NCBI GenBank assembly: GCA_964035545.1
Contig: OZ037770.1
Coordinates: forward strand, 13,816,642-13,880,641
Direction of reading: 5' to 3'
Length of the DNA: 64,000 bases
Source of the DNA: Bugula neritina
Taxonomy: Eukaryota > Animalia > Bryozoa
Shown here piece by piece: positions 1 to 10,867 of the stretch. Each line of letters starts with the position of its first letter. Position 1 is the stretch's first letter. Under the pieces are notes generated by a model. That model was given only the letters and a program-made list of their open reading frames with translations. It was not told where the DNA came from and made no database searches. The position numbers were made by a program, and so were the translations under genes.

Positions 1-834
1 TAGTATTGCCAGGTAACAGTAAGTTTAAGTGTTGCTAAGTAACAACACACTGTATCAAACAAGTGAAGTACATTGTTGACTTAAACTGTGTGCAGAGTAA
101 ATCTAACAAACCTCGAGCTGACTACAGCGGTGGGAGAGAGGTAATAGCACAACGTTCTAGAGGTGACACAATAAAGGGCAAACAAAGTAACTAATACACA
201 TTTATACAAGCAAGTAATTCAACCACTACTTGATTACTAGAATCGTGACAGCTCTATAGTCAAGTAGCAGTGTTTACTGCGACACTTACGCTCAATATAG
301 ACTAGACGCAAAAATAGAATGAATTGTGTTAATAACTTCTAGAAAATGTGACTGAGAAAAGCTTATGACATGCTTATTGCTTTCTACACTTTATCAATGG
401 TGTGAATAAATCTCATTAATAAAAACAATAGCAACAAGAATTAAATAACAAGTAATTAGTACGAAATTTTAAATTCTTACATTAGCATTACAAAGGAAGA
501 TAACTCTTGTTTATAGCTACAAATTAGTTTATTTTAATAATTAAAGTTCAAACTTACTGCCAACTTCTTTATTATTTATCAGAAATATTTATAACACAGA
601 AACTAAACTGTTTTGAAGATATACTTTGTAAGGTGAAAGAAGCTAAAATTATAAGCTATATAATACTATACTATACATGTGTAAACTTCATGGATAAGCT
701 ATATAGCTTGTAGTTTAACCAGTGTTTATATGAGTAGAGTGAACATAATAAAGCCGGGCAAACCCATCTTTAGCTTGGAAAATAGCCTGTGCTCATACAC
801 AACAAATTAGCCTGTGTTCTAGAGAACTACTCAC

Positions 835-3708
835 GTCTCTCATAGCATTCAGTATATCATCTGAGCCTTCTAAGCTGTTTATAAACTCTTTGAAGAATCT
901 CATTTTGACTTTTTTGTTTCTGATGGAGAGTCTGCCAACCGTGGCAAATGCAAACTCAATGTTCCTTCCAGCTACAAGCAGAAGATGTTCTAAAAGTTAT
1001 CTCAGTAACAGGAAACACTAGAATGTGCTGGAATATGCCACAGTATACTGAAACATACTGGAATGTACTGGAATATGCTAGAATATACTAGAAAATACTG
1101 AAATATACTAAAAAATACTGAAATATACTGGAAAATACTGGAAAATACTGAAATATACTAGAATATACTAACAAATACTGAAATATACTGGAATATACTG
1201 ACAGTTTATCAGGGGATGGAAAGTGTGTAGAGATTAACTAACAAAAATGATGTCTAAATACAAATTAAGGCAAAGGCAAAGATAGATGTTAAGAGCTGTA
1301 AGGTTCTAGTAGCATGTATTGTAGTATTGAATTGTATATGTATTGCAGTTTAGTAGCATATATTGCAAACTGATTCACCCCATATCATGTAACAAATTAC
1401 TTTGTATTCATAGTTACAATATAATATTACAGAATCTAATACAGCATTTTATTAAGGTAATACAAGAGATCAATGCATATTAATATAACTGACCACTAAG
1501 TGCTCTAGAGAACTCATTGATGACATCTCTCACACATTCCTCCACTAGGTCTCTGGTAAAAGGAGTGTCAAACGCTACTGCAGTGAAGTTCAGATCAGCT
1601 ACCGGTATTTTACCTGCAACACCACAATATGATAAGTATTTTACCTGCAATATGCATAATATTGCAAGTTAAAATATATTCAAGTGCCTTATTGTATGTA
1701 AAACTGTGAAGAAATAAGACAGAATAGTTTAAAATCTGTTTCCAGCTAAATTAGAGAAGGTTTACACTAAGACATCTTATTAAACAAAATAACAATTACT
1801 GAGTAATTCAAATTATGTATGCTTCTGAAATCCCAATCAAGTTCACTAAAAGCTGACTAAGCAAAACCTATGCAATTAATTGATTTACTTTGCATCTAGT
1901 CTGTTTAATGACATCTAAACAGGAACTTGCTCTCTGTCTCAAGAGACCTCTAATTTTTTCCTTTTTTGTTTCGGATAGCAAGTCTGCTGATTGTGGCAAA
2001 CGCAATGTTACAAGTTACAAGAAAACTTGGTCAAAATTATTTCAGCAACAGAAGAAAGATTAGAATATGAAAAAAATTGAAACAAGTACTATTTGTCCAA
2101 GTAGCTCCTATTTCGTCTTGGATGGAAAAACAAACATAAACTGCAGGATCGCAGAAACTCTTACCGGTTAGGTGATGCTTCGTTGTGGAGATTTGGTGCT
2201 GTTGAGCAAACCTTTCAGACAGGACAAAGACAGGTCTTTGGATGAGGAGGTATTTATTGTTCCCTACGTCTGTCTTCCTGTGTATGAATGTGAACTGGCC
2301 GAGACCAATGATGTTGACACCCTGTCATAACCAACGTGAAACATGTATATATAAATATATATCTAATAACTTTAATGCTTTCTGCTACCTACACACTTTT
2401 ATCATTAAAACTCTCTGATTTTAACTATCACTGTATTCATATACTCAGCATATATCACGGCATAATGAGACACAAAATTCCAAAAAAGTACAACTTAACC
2501 TACTATAATATAATTTTTTAAAACGTTTTGGCTTTCTTTTGTAATAAAATATATTTATAATTATTTTTGATACACATGTCTTGCACTCAATTTATATATT
2601 CTACTAATATAATAAATGATGGGAGCAGCTGTGAGGTTAGAGGTTAGAGCACTGATTTAGTAAACACAAAGCCAATAGGTTGAATCTAAGCAAAGGCCAT
2701 TGGTGATGTTAGGAAGAGCATTCAGTCTTAACTACTCCTTTATCACAATAGAAAGTTTTAAAATTCAAAGATACTTTAACAGAAGTCTAAACTAGCTAGT
2801 CTAAACTAAAGTCTAATAGCTTATATTCTATTATGTAATGATCAGAACATTATAACTGGACAAAAAGTTGAAAACTTTAATTCCGGTGTAGTTAAAGCAA
2901 GAGCTAATTTCTTAAAAATTTAAATTCTTATGAATATGATGAGATACTTTTACCACATAATAGCCCAATATGCATAATATGCAGATAGTATTGGAAATAT
3001 TTGGGTGAAGCTAATACAGCTCAAAGTCAACAGTCAACAACAATAGAAGGACAATCCAAGTCAATAAACACATTAGTTACCTTATTTCTTTGCATCTGAT
3101 TATTGATATATGTTGAGACATAGCTCCACACATTCACAATATCTAAAAAAAACAACACAATGCAATTCTGAAACACAAATGCTGTAGGTTAAAAAGCAAT
3201 TTCTGTTAGGAGATGTTGCTTAAAGTTAATGCTTTTACTATATACTAGGTAATAAAAATAGTGACACATTTACTAATTAATAAATCAAAATTATACTTTA
3301 AATGCTACTTGTTTGTAATTTATTATACTCAATAACAAACAAAAACAGATGGACTGTTTACAAAATTATCAAATACGCATAATTATAATATTAATGGTAA
3401 TGGCAATCATATTTTTGCAAAACAAAGTAAAACTAAAACTAAAAGCAATTGGTACATTCTCATTCTGATTCTTACTTTTTTCTCACTTACTGAATGAACA
3501 ACTATGTTATAAAAAACTTATTTTACGAAAATATATTTTCGGTCTCATTTTGAGTCTGACTCGTACTTTCACTTTGAAAAAATAGGATCAGTCTGACTCT
3601 TAAGTTGATGATCTTACCATTCGAAGAAGCACCTGTCTTTTTAAGCCTATACAGCCTATTGTCTTCAATTTTATCAGCAATCTTAGTTTCTGAATCTTGT
3701 TCAGCCAT
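835..3708 (-). CDS. CCDC81: Coiled-coil domain-containing protein 81 (HU-CCDC81 domains), 5' exons; gene continues beyond the window start
   Basis: Phase-compatible GT-AG exons 3708-3618, 3142-3081, 2321-2165, 1613-1494, 971-835 give MAEQ...DIVNVWSYVSTYINNQMQRNKGVNIIGLGQFTFIHRKTDVGNNKYLLIQRPVFVLSERFAQQH...KIPVADLNFTAVAFDTPFTRDLVEECVRDVINEFSRALSAGRNIEFAFATVGRLSIRNKKVKMRFFKEF. This matches the vertebrate CCDC81 N-terminus as I recall it (GTFTF...VGNNKFILIQRPVF...LNF...KVKMRFYKDF). Confidence 0.9.
1017..1200. repeat. ~10-bp tandem repeat (GAATATACTG/GAAAATACTG) in CCDC81 intron 4
   Basis: About 18 imperfect copies, directly visible near the exon-5 acceptor. Confidence 0.85.
1960..2070 (-). pseudogene. 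Decayed duplicate of CCDC81 exon 5 plus its upstream intron, sitting in intron 3
   Basis: 1961-2068 aligns with ~910-1026. The minus strand reads AFATISRLAIRNKKG versus AFATVGRLSIRNKKV in the real exon; the acceptor AG is lost and a stop follows. Confidence 0.75.
2621..2757 (+). mobile_element. tRNA-derived SINE-like element, family 1
   Basis: A-box-like (GAGGTTAGAGC) and B-box-like (GGTTGAATC) head followed by GGCCATTGGTGATGTTAGGAAGAGC; homologous copies at ~6000-6100 and ~11320-11420. Confidence 0.65.
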
Positions 3709-4110
3709 TTTATTAGTTGTATTAACTAAACTGCTCTTTCAAATTAAGTCAAAATTCTATTGAAAAGTTGGCTGAAAAAGATAAAGCAGTTTGTGCTTTA
3801 GAATCTTTCCCACTGCATGGTTGTATTGTACTCACTCACTGACTTGTCGTTGCTACGGATGTTGATGGTTACTATGAAAAGGACGGAGTCTATTGGCGAA
3901 TGACACTACGTCACTTAGTAGGAGAATGACCTATTCTCGACCTTGAAAATACAAAACGTGATAGAAATCGAGTTGAATATTCTCAACTGAGACTCAGACT
4001 CACAAGCTCCTTAGTTGTTGAGTAGCCACAAGTTATTTCACGTATTAGTTTAGCAATTAATAAATTGCCGCTAGAGATAAGAGTTGGGCAAATACTATCC
4101 AAATTGGAAG
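3709..4110. promoter_or_regulatory. Bidirectional promoter CCDC81/RPF2
   Basis: Divergent ATGs at 3708 (-) and 4111 (+) are only ~400 bp apart. The interval is locally CpG-richer, with X-box-like GTTGCTACGGATG (3849) and GTTACTATGAAAAG (3868). Confidence 0.65.
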
Positions 4111-7100
4111 ATGGTGATTCAACGCATTGTGTAAGTTTTAGAGGTTAGAACTAGAAGTAGAAGTACTAGTAGAAGTAGTTAAACTTGAAGTACTACTTGT
4201 ACTAGTACTACTAGTAGAACAGTATCAGTTTGAGTATGAGTAGAACTTCAAGTTCAACTAGTCAACTAGTACTACTTCAAGTTCAACTTCTCTACTACTT
4301 AATTTTAATTTTGATTTATTCATTTATTATATTTATAAGTATAACATCAATTTCAACTATAACTATAAATATAACTATAAGTTAGTGTATAAATATAATA
4401 TTATTGATAATATTAATAATGATATTGATGGTTTATTACTATTGCTATTAGTATTACTATTAAACAGAATATTTAGTTTGCTAAATCTTGAAAATGAATC
4501 TATGTTTTTATGTGCACTTAAGGACTTTATTTTAGTTAGCAGAACTTTTGTGTGGCAGTGAAGCATCTGTATTACTTGATAGGTTCCAATACAACTGGTA
4601 GTCTCTAGTCAAGTTAGCTCAATAAAGTGATTCTTTAGCCTGTGAGTTATTTAAAACATTGATTTTGTTTTTATAGAAAGCCGAAAACCCAGCAGGGCAA
4701 GAGGGTGCTGGAGTCCCGAGGACCTAAGTTACTGGAGAACAACAAGAAGACTATGGTAATGAAAGGAGCTAAGACCAGCGATGCTGTTTCTAAAGCCTTA
4801 AAAGATTTAGTAAGTTCCGTATCTATGTCGCTTTCACTGTGAAATAGAGGAAGGGAGATGTAGTCACACCACTTCTATATCGTTTGTATAATAGGCCTCT
4901 GCAATTGGGCAATCAAGATTTAAAGTTGCTTTCTCAATGTCATACAATTTCATCATTAAATGAGGTTGTTCTTTAGTTAATGTAATTTATTTATTTGTAT
5001 TTGTTTTAATAAAGTTAGGTTCAAACAGCTATTCCATTTAAATACTATAAAACTACTGATTATTTCTCGGACCAACAAAAACTTTTAGTCAGCATGTTTT
5101 AGCAGCAATTTGTTACAACTAGTGTGCAAATTTTGACGAAAAAATTCTATTTCAATATTTTATGAGAGACAATTTTACTGTTGGCCGCAGTTTCATTTAG
5201 TAGTGAAAACTCATAAACGCAAAACTAAATCACAATATTTCCTCAAATCATATTATTACCATGCTTGTTTCTGTTTCTAACTTTTCTTTAAATTACTGAA
5301 ATAACGACACAACTAAATGCACAGAATAAGGTTTTAAATCGTTTGTTTTCTTTTGCAATAATCAGATATTATCAAATAAATGCTTATGGGTTTATTGTTG
5401 ACTTGGGTTTGTATAACTGAATTTAGACTAACTCTTTTCTCACATTTCAAGCATCGAATTCTGATTTGTTATGTAACATGTGAAGTTGGTATTTGATAGA
5501 ATGTTCATGTTTATATTCCAACTCAGCACAATGCTCTCTGTGTTGTCTTGCTAGCTCTCTGTACATATTTATGTTGTGTCTCATTTACAGTACAGCATGA
5601 AGAAGCCGGATGCCGTCATGCTCTCTAGAAAGAACGAGTTTAGGCCATTCGAAGACGAGACGCCAGTCGAAGGCCTCAGTTTCAAGATGGATGCCTCACT
5701 TTTTCTCTTCGGGTCTCATACTAAGAAACGACCTCACAACCTTGTCATGGGTTTGTTCGAATAGTATTTAACTTGTAGTGGAATATGTCTACTAATATAT
5801 ACATAATGTATTTAAATTGTCTAATAATATATGTGTATATGGTTTACGGTAGGAAATGAGTAGGGCTTCAGTAGGCCTTTGCTAGTCCTCAGACTAAATA
5901 AAACACCTTCTATTTGTTCAAAGCTTCCATCTCAATGAGGTCGAATATCAAGAATTTTTAAGGGGGGGTAGAGAGCTGAGGATTTTGTATGCTGTAGTAC
6001 AGAATCAGTTATGATCTGATGTTCTTTCCGACATCACCGGTGGCTCTGCTGGGGTTTGACACTGGGCCAATGCTCTAACCACTATACCATTGCTGCTCTC
6101 TATTGTTTAATTTATATTATTTGCTTAGTAATCATTTTGAAACAAACACTGTAAAATCTCTACTGTAAATATTATATGGGGTGTTATTCAATTGTTCAAA
6201 GTGATCCTGTTAATATTAGATATCTGGTTGTTGAAAGAGTTCATGAAATAGACTGAAAACTTTATGTTGAATGTATGTGTTTTAGGGAGGATGTTCAATC
6301 ACCAAGTACTAGATATGTTTGAGTTAGGAACGGAAGGCTACAAGGGGTTTGATAGTTTTAAGAATAGCAAGACCGCGATGGGTAGTAAACCCTGTCTAAT
6401 ATTCAACGGCACGGACTGGGAAAACTCCCTCCTTTACAAGAGGCTGAAGAACATGCTTATCGGTATATTTTACTCCATATTGAAGTTAATATTATTTTGG
6501 TGGAATTATTTTTATTCTTTAGTAGATTTTACTGTTGAAATATTTTAGATAAAATTATATTATTAGTGTTTGTGTTAATTTATTTATCTCTCTGTATTTT
6601 GATGTATTTTAGTAATTTAGTGGTTCTAAACTTGAAGTTGTTTTCTGTCATTAATTTTATCGCTATGTACCAGATTTTTTCTTGGAATCCTTTAGTATTT
6701 TCTGTAACATCAGCTCACAATGTCTTCCAACTCATCACAACTTCTCGTTTACACTCAATGTAATTGCATTGTAATTGTTTTAAGAGTTATCCATCCATTC
6801 GGTGCAGTTAGTGTTGAGGAGGTAACTCCTGTTATAAATACTGCCTATTCTAAATGAGGCTATCGATAAAACACACACATGCATTTGCAATGCTTTTTTG
6901 GCAGCTGAAATTGCTGCAAGCTGATCTTAGTTTGCTCTGTTTAAATGGGACTTGGTTTAAGCTGTAGTCAATAGAAGACATTGTATAGCTATTCATTTGT
7001 ATTGTCTGTTTAAAGCAGCTGTTTTTAATTTGTGTTAAGATTTCTTCCGTGGCCCAGTAGTGGAGAAAGTACGATTAGTTGGTTTGGAGCAAGCCCTGAC

Positions 7101-8014
7101 CTTCACCTTGTCTGAAGGTCGAGTATATGCACGGAATTATAAGTAAGAACCAAGTCTATATACAGCTAACTGTCATATTTTCATTATTTTCCATGAATAA
7201 TTTAATGTCGATAGTCTAACTTATGAATTTTTTTTGCTAATCATGTTTTGTTTCAAGATGGCCGAAGCATTTCCTGTTTCACAGCTCGTCTGTTGTATAT
7301 CTCGCTGTGTGATATTGTTAGAATACTGCTGAAGAAATCCGGGTCAAAGAAGCCCAGGGTAGAGTTGGAGGAGATTGGGCCGTCCTTTGACTTTGTTGTA
7401 AGACGACACAAGCTAGGATCTGAGTCTATGTATAAAGACGCCCTCAAAGTACCTAGGGCTATCAAGGTGGGTGTCAATGCAGTGTACAGCTTACTTAGCT
7501 AGCTGTTTGTGTATGAGTAACCGTGCATGCTGTTCATGGACTTGAAACTTCCTTTAAACATATTTCTATAATGAATTATTCAACTATTAGGTTCTTCAAA
7601 CACTTAATGTTGTTATTTTGTCATTAGTTTAGTCATTGTTGGCACAGGAGGTATCTTATAAAGATGTGTTGATTCTCATAGAGTCATAATTTTTATCGTA
7701 TCGGACTTGACGTTTATTATCAGTCAGATTTGCTCTTCAAATAAATCTTTACAGTCTGAATCCACATGTAACTTGCAGCTGCCTCTCCTGTTTTGTGTAA
7801 CTAGTCTGTCTGTGTGTCCTCATAGCCAAAGAAGAAGAAGAACGTCAGCCACGACGCGTTCGGCAGCAAGCTGGGACGAATCCACATGCAGAAGCAAGAA
7901 GTAAAGAAGATGCAGCTACGTAAAATGAAGGGACTAAAACAGACTAGGCAGGAAAAACTGGCAAAGCTAAAGGCTAATAAACAGGCTAAAAATGGGCAGG
8001 ACTCCGGGGAATGA
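4111..8014 (+). CDS. RPF2: Ribosome production factor 2 homolog (Brix domain), 7 exons, ~308 aa
   Basis: Exons 4111-4130, 4677-4809, 5591-5750, 6286-6462, 7040-7142, 7322-7466, 7826-8014 total 927 nt in frame. Motifs: [110 protein letters not shown]. Confidence 0.97.
5998..6100 (-). mobile_element. tRNA-derived SINE-like element, family 1 (RPF2 intron 3)
   Basis: Reverse complement GAGAGCAGCAATGGTATAGTGGTTAGAGC...GCCACCGGTGATGTCGGAAAGAACATCAGATCATAACT is homologous to 2621-2740. Confidence 0.6.
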
Positions 8015-9469
8015 TGTTGACTCTTTATAGGATGACTGTTTTTAAATTTTAATAACCTGTAAATCTACTTTGGTCAGGTGTTGGCCTAATAACCTGGAAA
8101 CATGTAGTATAAATGTAATTGCATGTTATGTGGAAATGAATGTAATTAGCTTTGTGTAGGCTTCTTTGGTTAGTGATTTCCTCTTTAATATGTGGAATAC
8201 GTGATGTAAGGGGTCTGTTTCAATTCCCTAATGAGATATTGAATGCTGTAGTTACTCATAGCGTTTGCTGAGTTGAACTTGCATCTAATGACACCCTGTG
8301 ATTAACCTAGGTAGAACTGTTTTTTATCCCAACTCCTGTTGAAAATGACTCATTTAGTTTCTTTATAAAATATTTTATGTTTTGTACTAAGTTACAGAAC
8401 TGAATAAAGCAATTTACCATAAGCACATTTTGGTTTTGATAGAAATGTTTTATTTCAAAGATTGCGTATATCCTGCTACCTAGCAGTTGATATAATATTG
8501 TTAAGAAGCTCAAACTTTATCTTGCATACAGACATGTTCATTTGCAAATCAAACTCTATAAAAAGTCATTGGTGTAAATCTGTTTTGCTGGGAATGATAA
8601 TTCTTGTCTTCCTTCTAGCTGAAATATTTTATCTGTTTTAAAAAGCACTTTTAATGGTACATAAAATGTTGAGTTGTATTTAAGCTATTATTATGGCCAT
8701 TGTCTGAAAGCATTGCAAGATGGAAGTAAACATTTACTTTCTGTTTTCTTCCGGTAGGTTCTTTTATTTCCTGTACATTGCTGTCAGTTGTGGATTTTGA
8801 AATGTGAGTACAAGGTATAATAAAAACTTAGATGAATATAAACATACACGCAAATATACGATGATAAGAACAAAACTAAGGGAATTACAACGCAACATGA
8901 GTCCATTAAAGTCAAACTGTTGATTTATGCAGATAATCTGCTGAGATTAAAAGAGCTTGTATCGGTTTGTGTTTGTGTCTGGTTGCAAGATATGTTTTAA
9001 CTACTAGCCAACTTGGCAACAGGTTTTCGAGTTTATTAACTGTCAAATCGTACCCTATAAAATGGGAAACATTAGAAATTGTATAAATAAGTAGTCACAA
9101 TATAAATCAAAATTCAGAGGAACACTATGAATATTACAGAACCAAAAAATTGACATGAACTATTGTAATTCTAATAAACTTACAATATTGATGCGTGGAT
9201 AAAAATCTTAGCCATCACATTACCGAAACCGATAGTTTATTCATACAAAGAGTGTAAATATGGCGGTTTGATCATGATACACTGACTCATGCAGTACAGT
9301 GAATGAACTAGCTCTGCCAGCTAATAGTAGCTTTGGTAAAAGCTTTTGAAGCTTGAAAGCTTTAATGATTGGCTGCCTGCCAATACTTCTGGGTGGCATA
9401 CCAATACAGAGCTTTTTATAAAATATATTACACTAATGTATAATATGTAATATAGTAGCAGGTCTCCCA

Positions 9470-10044
9470 CCATCCAAGAGAAAATTATCATCCTAGATTA
9501 ATGTCCCTCCACTTGCTCATGAATCTGTTAGTGAGTTTGACTAGAAATATTCTCCACCAATTCAAGTTGGTAGAAGTTCTAGAAGGTTCTACAAGAACTG
9601 TTTATACCAGCAACAGAATGTCTCAACTTATCTTTAGCAAAATGTGACCAAGAGAAGTTGATTTCTTACAAACCTTTTTATTTAACCAGAAACGATACGG
9701 AGCATTGCCTTATTAAACTTCATGAATTGATGATAAGGCAAGATGCTTTAGGTCAAAATCAATTGTGTGGGTTTCTGCTATAGAATAGTGACAGTGATTG
9801 GTGGTTTCCAACTTTTAGCAATTTGCTAAGTGAATGTTGCCCATAACATGTAGGATCTAAAAACTGCTTAACAGAGAAGTTGGACAAAAGTCTCAATTCT
9901 TGCAAATTGACTATGAAATAATATTTTAAAACAAGATGGTGTAAAATTATTTGTGACATGTAGCTGAGGACAGATGATCTCAAGTTGTTCATCACTTATC
10001 ACCCTTCCTGTGACAAAACACTCCTGAAGTATATGATGGTATAG
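9470..10044 (+). pseudogene. Decayed intronless coding fragment, tandem-CARD (RIG-I-like receptor N-terminus)-like
   Basis: The single frame from 9541 reads LEIFSTNSSW*KF*KVLQELFIP...EKLISYKPFYLTRNDTEHCLIKLHELMIRQDALGQNQLCGFLL*NSDSDWWFPTFSNLLSEC. All stops are TAA/TAG. The similarity to RIG-I CARD2 was judged by eye only. Confidence 0.35.
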
Positions 10045-10867
10045 AGTCTAGAGTATAACTCTACTCACATATTAAAAGGCTATTATTACCAAATTATAAT
10101 GTTATTACATCAAATTTTAATCTGCAGAAAATAATTAAGTTTCTTTAATTATCATAATGAGGCGAAGAAATTAACCCAAATAGTGCCATACCCTGCAATG
10201 TTGAGCTACCACCTTGACAAAAACTTCTATTTAGGTGACCTTATTTGCATATTTATTACCTTTCCACAGTAACATATACAAATCAGCCTTTACTAACTTC
10301 GGATATTAGCCCTTAATTTGATGCAAATTGAACAACTTTTCAATATAGTAGTTGATGACCCAAATGCAACTCATAAAAAGCCTGGAACAACCATCAGTAT
10401 TTTCTATATCTTCACAAGCATGTTGTAAACAGTTTGAATATAAACAATATGCTTGTCACCGTAAAAATCATTTTCTCAGCTTGATGCACTCAGTTCCCTT
10501 CATTTATATTGTTACTTCAAACCACAACAAGATATTGTAATTACTAGTGTACAAACGTCATCCTTTCATCAACATTGTTATCAAATTTTGCTTGTCCCAA
10601 CAAAACATATGCAGTGACCATGGTGGTTAATAAACAGATTTAAAAGATAAATATATAATAATATTTACAATAAACCATTATATTTTTTATAAATTAAAAT
10701 AATTTAGTATAAACAAGCTTGATATGCATGTTTAACAAACCAAAGAATAGGACTCATGTTAAGGAAGAAACATTGGTTCGATTTTATATCACAAGAAATG
10801 AGTTCAAAGTTCACTTGATTGTCTTGTTTGGGCATCTAAAAACGAAATAACATGAGATATGGGGAGG

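Noticed and set aside
112-121. Possible 10-nt CCDC81 micro-exon (ctgtag|TCAGCTCGAG|gtttgt on minus)
   Set aside because: Cannot be validated without the downstream exon or RNA data; such signals arise by chance.
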